DNA of 64,000 nucleotides from Octopus vulgaris. Taxonomy: Eukaryota. Shown one piece after another: positions 50,703 to 63,538 of the stretch (position 1 is the stretch's first letter; the number at the start of each line of letters is the position of its first letter). The stretch spans positions 8,432,001-8,496,000 of the forward strand of contig OX597816.1 of NCBI GenBank assembly GCA_951406725.2, read 5' to 3'. Position numbers and translations under genes: made by a program. Below the pieces are notes generated by a model, which saw only the letters and a list, made by a program, of their open reading frames with translations, ran no database searches and was not told the origin of the DNA.

Positions 50703-50918
50703 AAGGCGGCGAGCTGGCAGAAACGTTAGCACGCCGGGCGAAATGCGTAGCCGTATTTCGTCTGCCGTTACGTTCTGAGTTCAAATTCCGCCGAGGTCGA
50801 CTTTGCCTTTCATCCTTTCGGGGTCAATAAATTAAGTACCAGTTACGCACTGGGGTCGATGTAATCGACTTAATCCGTTTGTCTGTCCTTGTTTGTCCTC
50901 TCTGCGTAGTAAAGAAAT
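50703..50918 (+). mobile_element. Young tRNA-derived SINE with Nin/Deu-like domain
   Basis: gcctttcatcctttcggggtc.ataaattaagtaccag domain; 8-bp TSD aggtgtag; empty site visible in the paralog near 26935; relatives at 7705-7917, 9430-9640, 30895-31120, 47990-48205, 55047-55280. Confidence 0.85.
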
Positions 50919-52067
50919 AGGTGTAGTGTTGGTGAATTTCAGGAAGCATGGAAGTTTTAAAGGATGCAATGTCTCGGCAACTAGCAACTGATGCAGGTAG
51001 TTTGTTCCATGCTTCAGCAACTCTGAGTGTGAAAAAATGTTTCTGAAAGTCATGGGAGCTGTGCTGTTTTCTGATTTTGTAGACATGCCTACATGTGTTA
51101 GACACATGGAGCTCAATAAGGTGCTCAAGGTGGTTGTTGGCAAGATGGTTAATAATAGGGGGAGAGGAACAGGTGTCTTGATATAAGGGAGATATTTGGC
51201 TACCCCAGTAGGAAGAGAAAGGAGAATGGTGGGTGAAGATGTATCTGGGCATATCATCAAGTTGCGAGAAGATGAATGAAAGAAACGTGGTATGGGTGGG
51301 TGAGCAATTTTTTTTTTTTTTTTTTGAGACAGCATTCACCCGGGGTGGGTTGAGCTGGCTTCATTCATCCTCAATGCTGCATCTCTCACAAACGCCGACC
51401 AGTGTGAGAGGCAAGTAGAAGATGGATAGAGGGAAATAGAGTGGGTAGTGAACATGGGTGGGGGTATGGTCATTTATGAATATTTGTTGGGGGTGGCTGC
51501 AGAGATGGTGTGAAGTGAGTGTGTGTGTGGGGGTGTGATACATGAAAGGGGTGAAATCAGATACATAAGGTGGGAGGGAGGAAGGGAGAGGTAATAGGGG
51601 CAAGGGAGCCATTTGCAAAATGAAGGTTGTATAGCAGAGGGGCAGGAGAAATTAAGGAAGGAAGGGATCATACTGAGAGTTTGTGGGGAAAAATGGAATA
51701 GGTTCCAGGGAGTGTGAATGGCAAGGATGGAGAGTGAGAAATATGCAGTTCCACTCTTATAATTACCGTAGTTGAATGAGAAGTGATGGAGGGGATCGGT
51801 GTAGCAGTTGAAACTATTAATAGCAGTGCCCTACCATAACTGCAGTTGAAGGAATAAAACAAGTGAAAGAATGCAAGAATTTCTGCTGGAAACCAAAAGT
51901 GGCAGATGTCAAGATCAATCATAAAAGTGGCAAAAGACTGGAACCTGTGACCAAATATAAACAAATGAATAACAACAATTAATACATTTTTGTTTCAACG
52001 TTTGTTTTCAGATAAAATATTTCCCATCGTGTAAAACATTTTATTTTCTTTTAAAATAACAAAATGA

Positions 52068-52465
52068 CTGTATAGCCCAGCGTTGCTCGGGCTTGTTTTC
52101 TTTTCGACCCTTTAGAATTGGAATTTTTGAAAAGTAAAAATTTTGCATTATGTGGCTTGTTATTCTCTTTGAGTGAACATTTTTCTGGTTGAAATACACT
52201 GAAAAATGGCGACACAGCAGTAAAAAAAAATCGTAAAAAATAGGGATTTTCATAGTAAAAAAAAGCACCTTTTTGATGTAAATAATTTTTGGTGTTAACA
52301 TGGTCCGATTTGAATTTTTTCTTCTACGGAAGGAAGAGCAAGCCTTCTTCTATCATACTCTCAATTTTGGTCAACTTGCGCCACAGGGTCTCGGAGGAGA
52401 TAGTGTTAGTTGAAGGTTATCAAACCTGCCACACACAGACAACTTCAGCTTTATATATAGAGAGA
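52068..52465 (-). mobile_element. Non-autonomous Helitron, related subfamily
   Basis: cccagcgttgctcggg hairpin end and ttatatatagagaga end as in the 40.1-41.5 kb copies. Confidence 0.55.
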
Positions 52466-52521
52466 TTAGTGTTTTTATTTCTAATCATTAATTTCATGAC
52501 ATTTTCTTTTCTTTCCTTCAG

Positions 52522-52830
52522 GCTGGTCCTTCTGAAATGGACGAAGAACTTCAACAAAAAGTTGTTCTCCAGCAACAGATGTTGGCCCTTCAACAGCATC
52601 AGCAGCAAGCTGCAGCAGCAGCGGCTGTAGCAGCCGTCATGTCCCAGCAAGGACCACCACAACCACCATTACCACAACCTCCACCGCCTCCGCCCTCCGG
52701 CCCCAACGCATCACCTGCTGGTTCTGCTGCCGGAGGAGAATACCTTCAATTGATGGAGAAAGTTCAACAGCAGCAGCAATTATTGGAGGCTGAGAAACAG
52801 CAACAGATGTTAATAAAACAGCAACAAAGG
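52522..52830 (+). CDS. SF3B2: SF3B2 coding exon (Q/A/P-rich)
   Basis: ccttcag|gct...agg|gtaact, phase 0-0; AGPSEMDEELQQKVVLQQQ... Confidence 0.8.
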
Positions 52831-53910
52831 GTAACTATGAGAATCCTTCATCATCTCATGATCCATAAACCTCCACAAGAAGGGCACCTCTGCTCTGCTT
52901 GAGTTTGATATCAGCATCTCTATTTTGTGCTTTGTTCTTTGTAGGAAGGGTAAAAGTCAAAAGAATTGGCTTTATGAAACGTTTAAGAATTGATGGCAGT
53001 TATGTGTGTTGTGGTTGGTCATGGGGGGAGACACTAGAATGGGAATATTAATAGATATACAGAAGTTATGATTGAGTACAAAGCATGAAGAGAGATGAAG
53101 ACTATTAAGGATCATTGAAAGATTGACTTTCTGTGGCCGTTGCCAGCTCCACCTGGCACGTAAAAAGCACCCACTACACTCACAGAGTGGTTGGCATTAG
53201 GAAGGGCATCCAGCTGTAGAAACACTGCCAGATCAGATTGGAGCCTGGTGCAGCCTCCTGGGTTCCCAGATCCCCGGCTGAACCGTCCAACCCATGCTAG
53301 CATGGAGAACGGATGTTAACCGATGATGATGAGAATGGCAGATAATTGTAAATACTGAAACTTTTGCAAGTGAGGAATGTAGTGGGTGCTTGGTCTGGTT
53401 TGATAGAGAGTGACTTCAGGGGTAGTAACAAGAAGACTCAGAAGCAAAAAGCAAATAGAAAGAAATTAAAGAATGAAGTTTGCCTTTGAAGTGAGTTGGT
53501 AGAAACCATCGTCATCATCATTTGCTGTCTGTTTTCCATGCTGGCACAGGTTGGACAGTTTGACAGGAGCTGGCAAAAGCCAGGATCCACGCCAGGCTCC
53601 ACTTGTCTGCTTCGGCTTGGTTTCTATGGCCTGATACCCTTCCTAATGCCAACCACTTTACAGAATGTACTCAGTGCTCTTACATGGCACTAGCACCAGT
53701 GCTTTTTGAGTGTTAGGGAATGAAATGTGGGCTGGGAGAGAAGGTTGACAGGGCAGGGCCCCTCATGGACAAGCAGTACCAAGGTGGTACTAAAGGGATT
53801 TATGATAATATTTTAAATTGGATATGAGTAGATTAATGTTTCATGCTATTGGTTTAAGTTTGAATACTTGCAACTCTAGTATAGTTTTGTGTTCCATTTA
53901 TATTCAAGAG

Positions 53911-54052
53911 TTAACCCTCTTGTTACCATATTTCTGTTGAGATGCTCTGCGTTTCTTCCAATTAATTTTAAATATAACAAAGAATTTAGTAAAATAATAA
54001 CTAAATCTGGCGGTTTCAGCCAGATTGGTATGAAAAGAGTTAAGGCCCGCCT

Positions 54053-54087
<35 letters not shown>

Positions 54088-54558
54088 TTTAATCCTTTCC
54101 ATATTTCTGTTGAGATGTTCTGTGTTTCTTTCAATTAATTTTAAATATAACAAAGAATTTAGTGAAATAACTCAGTTATCACTAAGCTAGTGTTAGGAAC
54201 ATAAATTGGGACTAAGGTTTGGTGGAAGGTTTTAATTCAGAACTTTTGAAAACAAGATATTTGTACTACAGAGCCAGAGCTGGTATCAAAAGAGTTAAGG
54301 CCTGCCTTATTCTCTCTCTCTCTCTCTCCAACTTTAATCCTTTCCATATTTCTGTTAAGATGCTCTGTGATTCTATCAATTAATTTTAAATATAACAAAG
54401 AATTTAGTAAAATAACTCAGTTATCATTAAGCTGGTGTTAGGAACATAAATTGTGACTAAGGTTTGGTGGAAGATTTTAATTCAGAACTTATGAAAACAA
54501 GACATTTGTACTGCAGAGCGTGAGGCGGTTTCAGCTGGGTTGGTAATGAAAGGGTTAA
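53911..54558. repeat. Three tandem piggyBac-like MITE copies separated by (CT)n linkers
   Basis: Repeated MITE body with the shared linker ggcc.gccttattctctc...ccaact. Confidence 0.7.
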
Positions 54559-54648
54559 ACTCCCTCACAGTGTGTTCATGTTAGTCTTTGGTGAGAAATT
54601 TATTTGCTTTGTTAATGGTTTTTTTTTTACCATTTTGTTTCCTAACAG

Positions 54649-54781
54649 ATGATTCTAGATCAGCACCAGGCAGATGAAGCAGAGATGATGCGCCAACAAC
54701 AACTGGCTATCATACAACAACAGCAAGAGGCTGCACAGAAAGAAGAGCAACAAAAATTCATGCATCACCAAATGCAATCAG
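54649..54781 (+). CDS. SF3B2: SF3B2 coding exon (Q/E-rich)
   Basis: ctaacag|atg...tcag|gtgacc, phase 0-1. Confidence 0.75.
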
Positions 54782-55328
54782 GTGACCACCTCTCCTTTAA
54801 TTCAAGGTTTTGCTCTTTTTGGTTTAGTTCTTTATGTCTCTGAATTGATATCATTTAAAAGACAAAATAACGTGACACCGGCACAGGTGCTTTACGTGTT
54901 GCAATGGCACGGGTGCCTTACATGTCGCACCAGCATGGGTGCTTTTATACGTGGCACTGGTAGGAGTGCTTTTTATGTGGCACCAATGCATAAGAAATTA
55001 TTATTTAAACTATTAATACATGTAAATGTTAATATATTATTATAGTAAGGCGGCGATCTGGCAGAAACGTTAGCACGCTGGGCGAAATGCGAAATATTTC
55101 GTCTGTCTCTACGTTCTGAGTTCAAATTCCGCCAAGGTCAACTTTGCTTTTCATCCTTTCGGGGTCAATAAATTAAGTACCAGATACGCACTGGGGTCGA
55201 TGTAATCAACTTAATCCCTTTGTCTGTCCTTGTTTGTCCCCTCTATGTTTAGCCCCTTGTGGGCAATAAAAAAAAAAAAGAAATATTATTATAATCACTA
55301 ATAAAATATCTGATTTTGTCTCTTGCAG

Positions 55329-55879
55329 CTCAAATGATGCCTATTCCACCTCCACCACCCCCTCAAAGTTCAGAAAATCAGCTCCCCCCTCCACAGTTTG
55401 TGACCCAGGCTGGTGGTCCACCTCCGCCACCGCCTCCACCACCACCACCAACGTCGGGATTGCAGCCACCAGGTCCTCCACAGAGCATGGCACCACCACC
55501 ACCTCCTCCCCCTTCCCTTCAGAGTATTCCTCCACCTCCACAAGGCATTCCTCCTCCTCCACCCCCACAAGGTATTCCACCCCCACATCAGGGAGTCCCT
55601 CCTCCTCAAGGAATGCCACCGCAACCTCAGGGCATGCCACCTCCGCCTCCACCTCAGATAGCGGCCACCATGACCAACCAGCCTCCACCCCAGCAACAGA
55701 ATATTCCCCCGCCTCCACCACCATCACTACAACCGCCTATGTCTTTAATGACCAGTCAGCCGAATGTACCGATAGTTTCTTCTACGTCCACCTCGGGCAA
55801 TTCAAGCAGTGCAAATATGATTGCAGGTCAGTCTAACATGGGAACTCACACTACGACAGCAATAGATACAAAATCTCAG
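55329..55879 (+). CDS. SF3B2: SF3B2 coding exon (polyproline-rich)
   Basis: ttgcag|ct...cag|gtaagt, phase 1-0; open P-rich frame. Confidence 0.85.
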
Positions 55880-57569
55880 GTAAGTCTGAAATTTCCACTT
55901 TCAAGTTCCTTTTGAGTTTTGGGCCCCATGGGGGCAAAGTGGCTGAGTGTCTTTTGAGTGTTGGGCCTTATGGGGCAAAGTGGCCGAGTTCCTTTCAAGT
56001 GTTGGGTTTTACAGAAGCAATGACCAGGACCTTTGGCATCATGTTGTGCTTGAGTAGAAGACCCATCAAGCCGAGCAGAATCGCAGTCGTGGCAGATACC
56101 GGTGTCATGCAAATGGCACCTAAAAAGCACCCATTACACTCTTGGAGTGGTTGGTGTTAGGAAGGGCATCCAGCTGTAGAAAACCATGCCAAATCAGACT
56201 AAAGCCTGGCGCAGCCTTCCAGCTTACCATTCCTGGTCAAACCATCCAACCCATGCCAGCATGGACAACAGACGTTAAATGATAATGGTGATGAATACTC
56301 TCCCTGTCACGCACAACATATACTAACGATTTAATTAGAGCCATGTGTCATTTGGGTCTCCTAACTTAAATATATTATCATCATCGTTTAGCGTCCGTTT
56401 TCCATGCTAGCATGGGTTGGACGGTTCTACTGGGGTCTGTGAAGCCAGAAGGCTTCATCAGGCCCAGTCAAATCTGGCAGTGTTTCTACGGCTGGATGCC
56501 CTTCCTAACGCCAACCACTCCGTGAGTGTAGTGGGTGCTTTTTACGTGCCACCCGCACAGGTGCCAGACAGAGCTGGCAAACGGCCACGAACGGATGGTG
56601 CTTTTTATGTGCCACCGGCGGAGCTGCGGATCTGATTTCAGTCCTGAATTGGGTGGACAGCAACTGCAGAGTTGTTCATCAGAAAATGACTGTAAAACAT
56701 GTTTATAAAGAAGAGTTGTTTGCTTCATATTCCTCATGTGCCGATTCTGCCCAAAAGAAAGGAACAAATAATACAATGTGGCTGTAGGCGCATTGCTAGT
56801 GTGTGTGTGTGTATTTTTTTTTTTTTTATGTGACCGACCAGACCATCAGATGTTACACATCGCTGGTCACAATGTGTTCGCACTGTTTTAGCGTTTGAAT
56901 GACGCCACCTTGCTGGCTAAGCAAGCAGGCCAACAGAAGAAAGAGTGAGAGAAAGAGTGGTGAAAGAGTACAGCAGGGATCACTACCATCCCCTGCCGGA
57001 GCCTCGTGGAGCTTTATGGTGTTTTCGCTCAATAAACACTCACAACACCCGGTCTGGGAATCGAAACCACGATCCTACGGCTGCGAGTCCGCTGCCCTAA
57101 CCACTGGGCCATTGTGCCTCCACGTGTATGTATATATATATATAACACTCCTGCACACGTCCTGTGAATGTGTTTTTGTGTTATGCTTTTTATGGATGTG
57201 TATGCACTTTCACTGTTAGAAGTGTATTTGTGTATGTGTGTGTATTTTTCATATGTATGTCTGTGTGTATGCAAGGGTTTTTTTGGTTTTCTGTTGTCTC
57301 ATTTCATCAAAGGTTGTAAATTTCTTTTCTCTGTTGATAAAATAAAGTACAGAATTTTTCTGTCTTCTGGGTTCCAGAGCCCAGAATTGTACTGGAAGGA
57401 TTTTATGCAAGAAAGATTAAAACACTTCTGTGGGGGTATAATTGAGTGTTTTCACAAAACTTAAGGAATACACTAACAGATAAACAGATTCTGAACTTCC
57501 ACATTGTATACGAGAATCCCTTACTATTTATTTATTTTTTTTTTGCTTTCTTTCCTTTTGCATTGACAG

Positions 57570-57687
57570 ACTTCTGAACGACAGCAGAAAGAGATAAAAT
57601 TGCCCCAGGCTTTGGAAAAGATTCTCGCTTTTATGGATGTACGTGCTCAGGAAATAGGTGCAGTATCAGAAGATATGGATAAAACTG
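57570..57687 (+). CDS. SF3B2: SF3B2 coding exon
   Basis: TSERQQKEIKLPQALEKILAF matches the SF3B2 K.PQALEKIL motif; phase 0-1. Confidence 0.88.
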
Positions 57688-57969
57688 GTAAGCCCTTTGG
57701 ATGTTTTCAGCACTATCGTCACAGTTCAGTGTACCAGTAATACGTACAGGAAAGCTGTTGAGTTTATTATTACAACATTAGATTTTAGATGAAATCTGTT
57801 TGTCTATTGATTGATTTCATATCTTTTAATTGATTACATCGGAAGTTGAATATCAATAATTCTCTGATCGAAATGTTTATTGCCACCTTTCTGCGTCAAA
57901 AGTTGCTAATAATAATTGTAATAGTCTTTTTGATTTGTTAATATAAGAGATTGTGTTAGCAACTAAATG

Positions 57970-58585
57970 CATCATCATCATCTAACGTCCATTTTCCATT
58001 CTGGCATGGGTTGGACAGTTTGACTGGGGTCTGGGAAGCCAGGTGGCTGCACCAGGCTCCAATCTGATCTGGCAATGTTTCTACAGCTGGATGCCCTTCC
58101 TAATGCCAACCACTCCATGAGTGTAGTGGGTGTTTTTTACGTGCCATTGGTACAGGGGCCAGAAGAGCTGGCATCGACCACGTTCAGATGGTGCTTTTTA
58201 CATGCCACCAGCATGGAAGCCAGTCAAAGTGGCACTGGCATCGGCCACATTCGGATGGTGCTTTTTACGTGCTACCGGCCCCGGGGGGGTCACAACTACA
58301 AGTTCCATTTGATTTGATTTTGATACTGATATTAATGTACTTGACTCAATAGGTCTCCTCAAGCATGGGATGTCACCCTACGATCCAAGGTACTTTTTGA
58401 ATGGGCTGGTTATGCAACACTGGTGTAGGTTACAGCTGTGAACTCTATTTGCTGGGTCTTCTCAGTCACAGCATACCTCCAGAGGTCTCTGTCTTTCGTC
58501 ATTGCCTCTGTGAGGCTCAACATTCGAGGGTCATGCTTCACCACCTCATCCCATGTCTTCCTGGGTCTCTCTCTACCCCAGATTC
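57970..58585 (-). mobile_element. RTE LINE 3' end (ORF C-terminus + 3' UTR + (GAT)n tail)
   Basis: RPRKTWDEVVKHD...AMTKDRDLWRYAV is contiguous with the ubiquitous tail repeat, linking that repeat to RTE. Confidence 0.8.
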
Positions 58586-58739
58586 TTTCCACATAACCTA
58601 TTAAAAAGCAGAAGGATTCTTTTGTGATTTATCTTATCAGGGCAAAATAAAATATGTGCTACAACATATCTCATGATGAGAGCTTAAGTGATTAAAGAAA
58701 AATAGTTTCTAATATTTTTTGGAACACCTTTATTTTCAG

Positions 58740-58882
58740 AAGTACCAGAAAATCAAATCAGAATCGCTGATGCTGAAGAAGAGGATGATGAGGAAGTTAC
58801 AAGTATATCTGTTACAAGTGCAACTCTAAATGATGCTGATGAGGAAGATGACGATATAAAAAGTCAAGATAAGGCAAAAGAG
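58740..58882 (+). CDS. SF3B2: SF3B2 coding exon (acidic)
   Basis: tttcag|...gag|gttagt, phase 1-0; EVPENQIRIADAEEEDDEE...KAKE. Confidence 0.8.
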
Positions 58883-60260
58883 GTTAGTCCTATGCTTCTA
58901 AATTTATATTTGACAATCATCATCATCATCATTTAACATCCGTTTTCCGCGCTAGCACGGGTTGGACGGTTCGACCGGGGTCTGGGGAGCCAGGGGCTGC
59001 TCCAGGCTCCAGTCTGATCTGGAGTGTTTCTACAGTTTGATGCCCTTCCTAACGCCAACCACTCCGTGAGTGTAGTGGGTGCTTTTTACGTGCCACCTGC
59101 ATAGGTGCCAGAGGGGTCTGGCATCGGCCACGATCGGTTGGTGCTTTTTATGTGCCACCGGCACAGAAGGCATTCGAGGCGGGGCTGGCATTGTATGTCT
59201 AAATCTACAGCTAATGCTGGATTGAGTATGGCACATGTTAGATTTCGTGTAGATTGTCATCATTATCATAATTGTCGTTTAACATCCACTTTCCATGCTG
59301 GCATGGGTTGGACAGTTTGACTGAGGACTGGCAACCCAGGAGATTGCACCAGGCTCCAATCTGATTTGGCAAAGTTTCTATAGCTGGATGCCCTTCCTAA
59401 TGCCAACCACTCCATGAGTGTAGTGGGTGCTTTTTACGTTCCACTGGCACAGGAGCCAGTCAGGCAGCACTGGCATCAGCCATGCTTGAATGGTGCTTTG
59501 TATGTGCCACCAGCATGGGTGCCAGTCAAGAGGCGCTGGCATTGGTCACACCTGAATGGTGATTTTTACATGCCATCGGCATGGGTGCCAGTCACGTGGC
59601 ACTGGTATTGATTACACTTGAATGGTGCTTTTTACATGCCACCGGCATGGGTGCCAGACACGTGGCACTGACATTGGTACTTTTTACATGCCACTGGCAT
59701 GCATGCCAGTCAGGCGCCACTGGCATCAGCCATGCTTGAATGGTGTGTATATATAATCCAAAATAGTCACATGCAGCTTAATAAATAATTAAAAAATGCA
59801 AGCAGGCAGATTAAAGCAGAAAACAGGTTTTGCATGTGGCACTTGCCCAGGAATAATAAGCACTGAAAGCTCATGGAAAATGAATATTCTGAAATGGTCA
59901 GGAAGATGTTCTGAAATTATAGTGGTACCTTACAGCTAAGGCTGGCTCCTTATCACTCCTCTCATCTTTATCTTTTGTCACACATCTGCGACCTCTTCAG
60001 CGACACTTTTCGTTTCTGTGTGTGTTCTTGCTTCACTTAGTCCATTCAGTAGACAGGTGTTAAATAATAAAATGACAGTAATAAATGTGCAAAGAAAAAA
60101 ATATGATAAGGTATAATTGTATATTTATGTATGTATATATGTGTTTATTCTAATTGTTATTTCTTTATTACTTTAACATGTATTTGAATACATTTTTCAT
60201 GTTTAATACTTGAAAATCTCATTTTTTTTTCTATATACTTTTTTTTTTTACATATTAAAG

Positions 60261-60388
60261 AACAGGATAAGAAAGAAGAAGAAGAAAAAGAAGAATAAGA
60301 AGAAACATCCTGAATTCATGCAAGATGCAAACGACTTAAAGAAAAAACCTGCTAAAGATGATGAAAATGATCGCAGTGTGGAAATAGA
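60261..60388 (+). CDS. SF3B2: SF3B2 coding exon (basic NLS-like tract)
   Basis: NRIRKKKKKKKNKKK...SVEIE, phase 0-2, ga|gtaagt. Confidence 0.82.
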
Positions 60389-60498
60389 GTAAGTATAGAT
60401 TTCATTCCATCTTGGATTTTTGGTTGAATTAATTTTAGTTTATAGAAATAATTCATTTCTAAAACTTTCTGAGAGATTTATGCAGTAGCAGCACAATA

Positions 60499-60827
60499 AA
60501 GTGAGGGTATGTTGTCGACTTAATGTGGAAGTCCCATGAAAGGGAAGAATACTACTGTTATTTAGCCCCAGTGAATGTATTTCACTTGAAATATATATGT
60601 TTTCAAAGGTGGATAGGCATCGACAGCTAGCAAGCCATGCTACTTCAGTCTGATGAAGAGCAATGACTCTGAAACTAGTCTCTGGATGCTGGCTTAGCTG
60701 GTGGAGGTGTTTGTCTCCACTTTGAAAACATAAGGACACAGGAAACGGTGTTTCCTAGGGCTAAATAACAGTAGCATTCTTCCCTTTCATGGGACTGTCA
60801 CATTAAGTTGACAACATGCTATCACTT
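60499..60827 (+). mobile_element. Fold-back element with 70-bp inverted ends enclosing a hammerhead ribozyme (Penelope-like or retrozyme-like)
   Basis: Arms 60499-60568 and 60758-60827 (about 7 mismatches in 70); nested inner stem at 60597-60731. Confidence 0.75.
60644..60686 (+). ncRNA. Minimal type I hammerhead ribozyme
   Basis: ttcagt-CTGATGA-AGAG caatga CTCT-GAAA-CTAG-TC-tctgga: intact core, 4-bp stem II, palindromic stem III, GUC site; U-U mismatch at the first stem I pair. Confidence 0.75.
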
Positions 60828-61019
60828 AATTTTAGTTTGATATTAAAGATTAATTAAATTAGGTGGGGAAGTCAAAAAATTTCCCCCACTTTTACCCCAT
60901 AACTTTCTTTAGGTCGGTCACACTGCTTTCAGTGCTTCTATGCTGAAAGGGGGTACTTTTGTGGTCATGTAACCAAGGTTTGGCCTTGATCGCTCTAGTT
61001 TTCCTTCTTATGTTACAGA

Positions 61020-61850
61020 GTAAACACAGCCACTCTTCTAGCAGTGTGCACCGAGGAAGAACAAGAGATCAGTGATCCGATTTCTCTGGTCTTAAGGTGT
61101 GTCAGGGACTGAAATTCATTGCAGTACAATAAGGGGACAGCTCTCTGCCATGTAGAGATGTGTATGAGTGGATCAAGAAGTTTAAAAATGGCCGGACGAG
61201 CATGAAGAGAGAGCAGGATGTTCATCAACTCCACCGCTAACATGAAGATTCAACAAGCTCAAGAGATGGTTCTGGTGAACTGACGAATGACCAGTGATAA
61301 AGTGCCAAGTTCGCTGTAAATTATTCATGGTTCTACATACGAAATCGACCACGACAAGCATCACTTCTATAAAGACTTTGCAAGATGGGTGACTAGAGAG
61401 CTTACTGAAGTACACAAGTACATTGGTGTGGAGCTCTGTCAATGCTTACTTGACGGCTACAACAATGAAAGTGAATCTTTTTTGGAAAGAATAGTCACAG
61501 GAGAAGAGACGTGGGTTCATCACTTTGAGCCAGAATCCCGAAAAGACAGAATGCAGTGGAAACACCTGGAATTGCCATCGCAAAAAAAAATTCAAGACTC
61601 GATCTTCTGCAAAAAAAAGCGATGCTGTTTTTTGGGTTGCAAAAAGTCCTATACTGGAACATTCCCTGGAAAAGGAGTCTGCAGTCATTAGTGAAGGCTA
61701 CAGTGAAATGCTGGCCAACAGATTGAAACCAGCACCAAACACTGAGGTCTGTTGTTAAAGCAAGTGTTATTGTTACACAGCAATGCATAGCCACAACATT
61801 GAACAATTGGGTTTTGAGTTGCTGGAACACCCTCAGTTCTAACAACAGGT
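61020..61850 (+). mobile_element. mariner transposase relic
   Basis: RWVTRELTEVHK...FLERIVTGEETWVHHFEPES...MQWKH; many disablements. Confidence 0.8.
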
Positions 61851-61859
61851 TATTATGAC

Positions 61860-62437
61860 TAAGCAAAATCATTAAGCAAGTGAAATTGAACCACATCCAA
61901 CGACTGACACCCATGCCAACCTCCCTTTATTAGACACTTGTTGGGGCAAGTGATATTGAAATTGAACCGAATTCGATGACTTGCACCCGGTCATTGCCAG
62001 TGCCGCTGGACTGACTCCTGTGCAGGTGGCAAGTAAAGAAACACCGTTTCAACCCTGTCCTTGAAGAGACCTATTGAGTCAAGTACATCAACATCAAAAT
62101 AAATATCAAATGGAAATTGTAGTTGTGATACCTGTGCCAGTGGCACATAAAAAGCATCATCTGAACATGGCTGATGCCAGCGCCGCCTTGACTGGCCTCC
62201 GTGCCAGTGGCACGTAAAAAGCACCAACCGATCGTGGCCATTGCCAGCCTTGCCTGGCACATAAAAAGCACCCACTACACTCTCAGAGTGGTTGGCATTA
62301 GGAAGGGCATCCAGCTGTAGAAAAACTGCCAGATCAGACTGGAGCCTGGTGCAGCCTTCTGACTTCCCAGACCCCGGTTGAACTGTCCAACCCATGCTAG
62401 CATGGAAAACAGACGTTAAATGATGATGATGATGATG
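61860..62437 (+). mobile_element. RTE 3' UTR retroposon
   Basis: Same tail family, ending in (GAT)n. Confidence 0.7.
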
Positions 62438-63538
62438 AAACTATGGTAGACAGAAGTTTACATTATTTGTTCCTACATACGTTTCACTATTATGGTTGTT
62501 TGGAACCCTGCTCTGAATGGGTTGATGAGGCTCAGAAATAATGATCCCAAGAAAGCAATGCACACCATGTTTCCATCATATCTGATGATCCTGGGGGTTG
62601 TGACCTCACTTCTCTCAGGATCACTGCTACTATCTGCATCATATTGCTGAACATTGGTGGTCAAGCTCTGGATCAAATAGGTGGGTGGGTGGTGAAGAAG
62701 CATGTTCCAGCAAGACTATAATCCACATGGCCCTCACAACTCAATGGTCAGTTAAAGTTGAGGCAGTGTCACATGACAACTTGCTGGGGCTACCTGCTGG
62801 AGCCTAGCAGTAGGTATTTAAAGGGAGATTTGACAAGTCAGTCAGTCACCGGCTGATACTACATCGAAGAGGCCAGGGAACAGAAGAAAGAAGACATGCA
62901 CCCAACACCAGAGCTGAAGACGCGTCCGAAAGGGGTGGGGCCTTGCCACATCAAAACAGTAGAGGAGTAGGGGCCGAAACCGGACTGGGTTCCTCCTGAT
63001 GGTGTCTTGAGCTAACTGGATCCTATAAAGGAGCTGTTGTGGTAGCAGACCACGAAACACGGCTGAAATTCCTTGCTGGTTGAAAGTTTTACACAATCAT
63101 ATAACTCTTAACAGGTGGGGCAGCCCAGTTGCTATCATCATTGGAAGAGGGGCATGGTGTAAAGGGCTTAGTGGGGATTGTCATGGTGAGTGATGTGGAT
63201 GGCAGGCACCTGACCCTAGCATTTCGTCACTTCTGGGGATAGGAACACTGTTTCTTTCATGTTTTTTTTTTGTTGAACCATGTGCCATTTTTCTAGAAGT
63301 ATTGTTTCTTGTTTTGTTTTCTCCACAGTTGCCTGGCGCATTCCATAAGCATTGTCAGTATGCACTTCAGATATGAAATTGATAGTCAGGAAACGATAAT
63401 CTTAACAACCTGTCTTAAACATTTAATCTTATTGTATAGTTCATAAAAAAGATGTATTTCATTTGTTACTTTTATTGGTTGTCAATAATTTTGGGTACGC
63501 ACACATTTTGTTGACTCTATTTTTTATTTTATTTTCAG

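Noticed and set aside
62912-62945. Hammerhead-like CTGAAGA...CGAAA
   Set aside because: No supporting helices.
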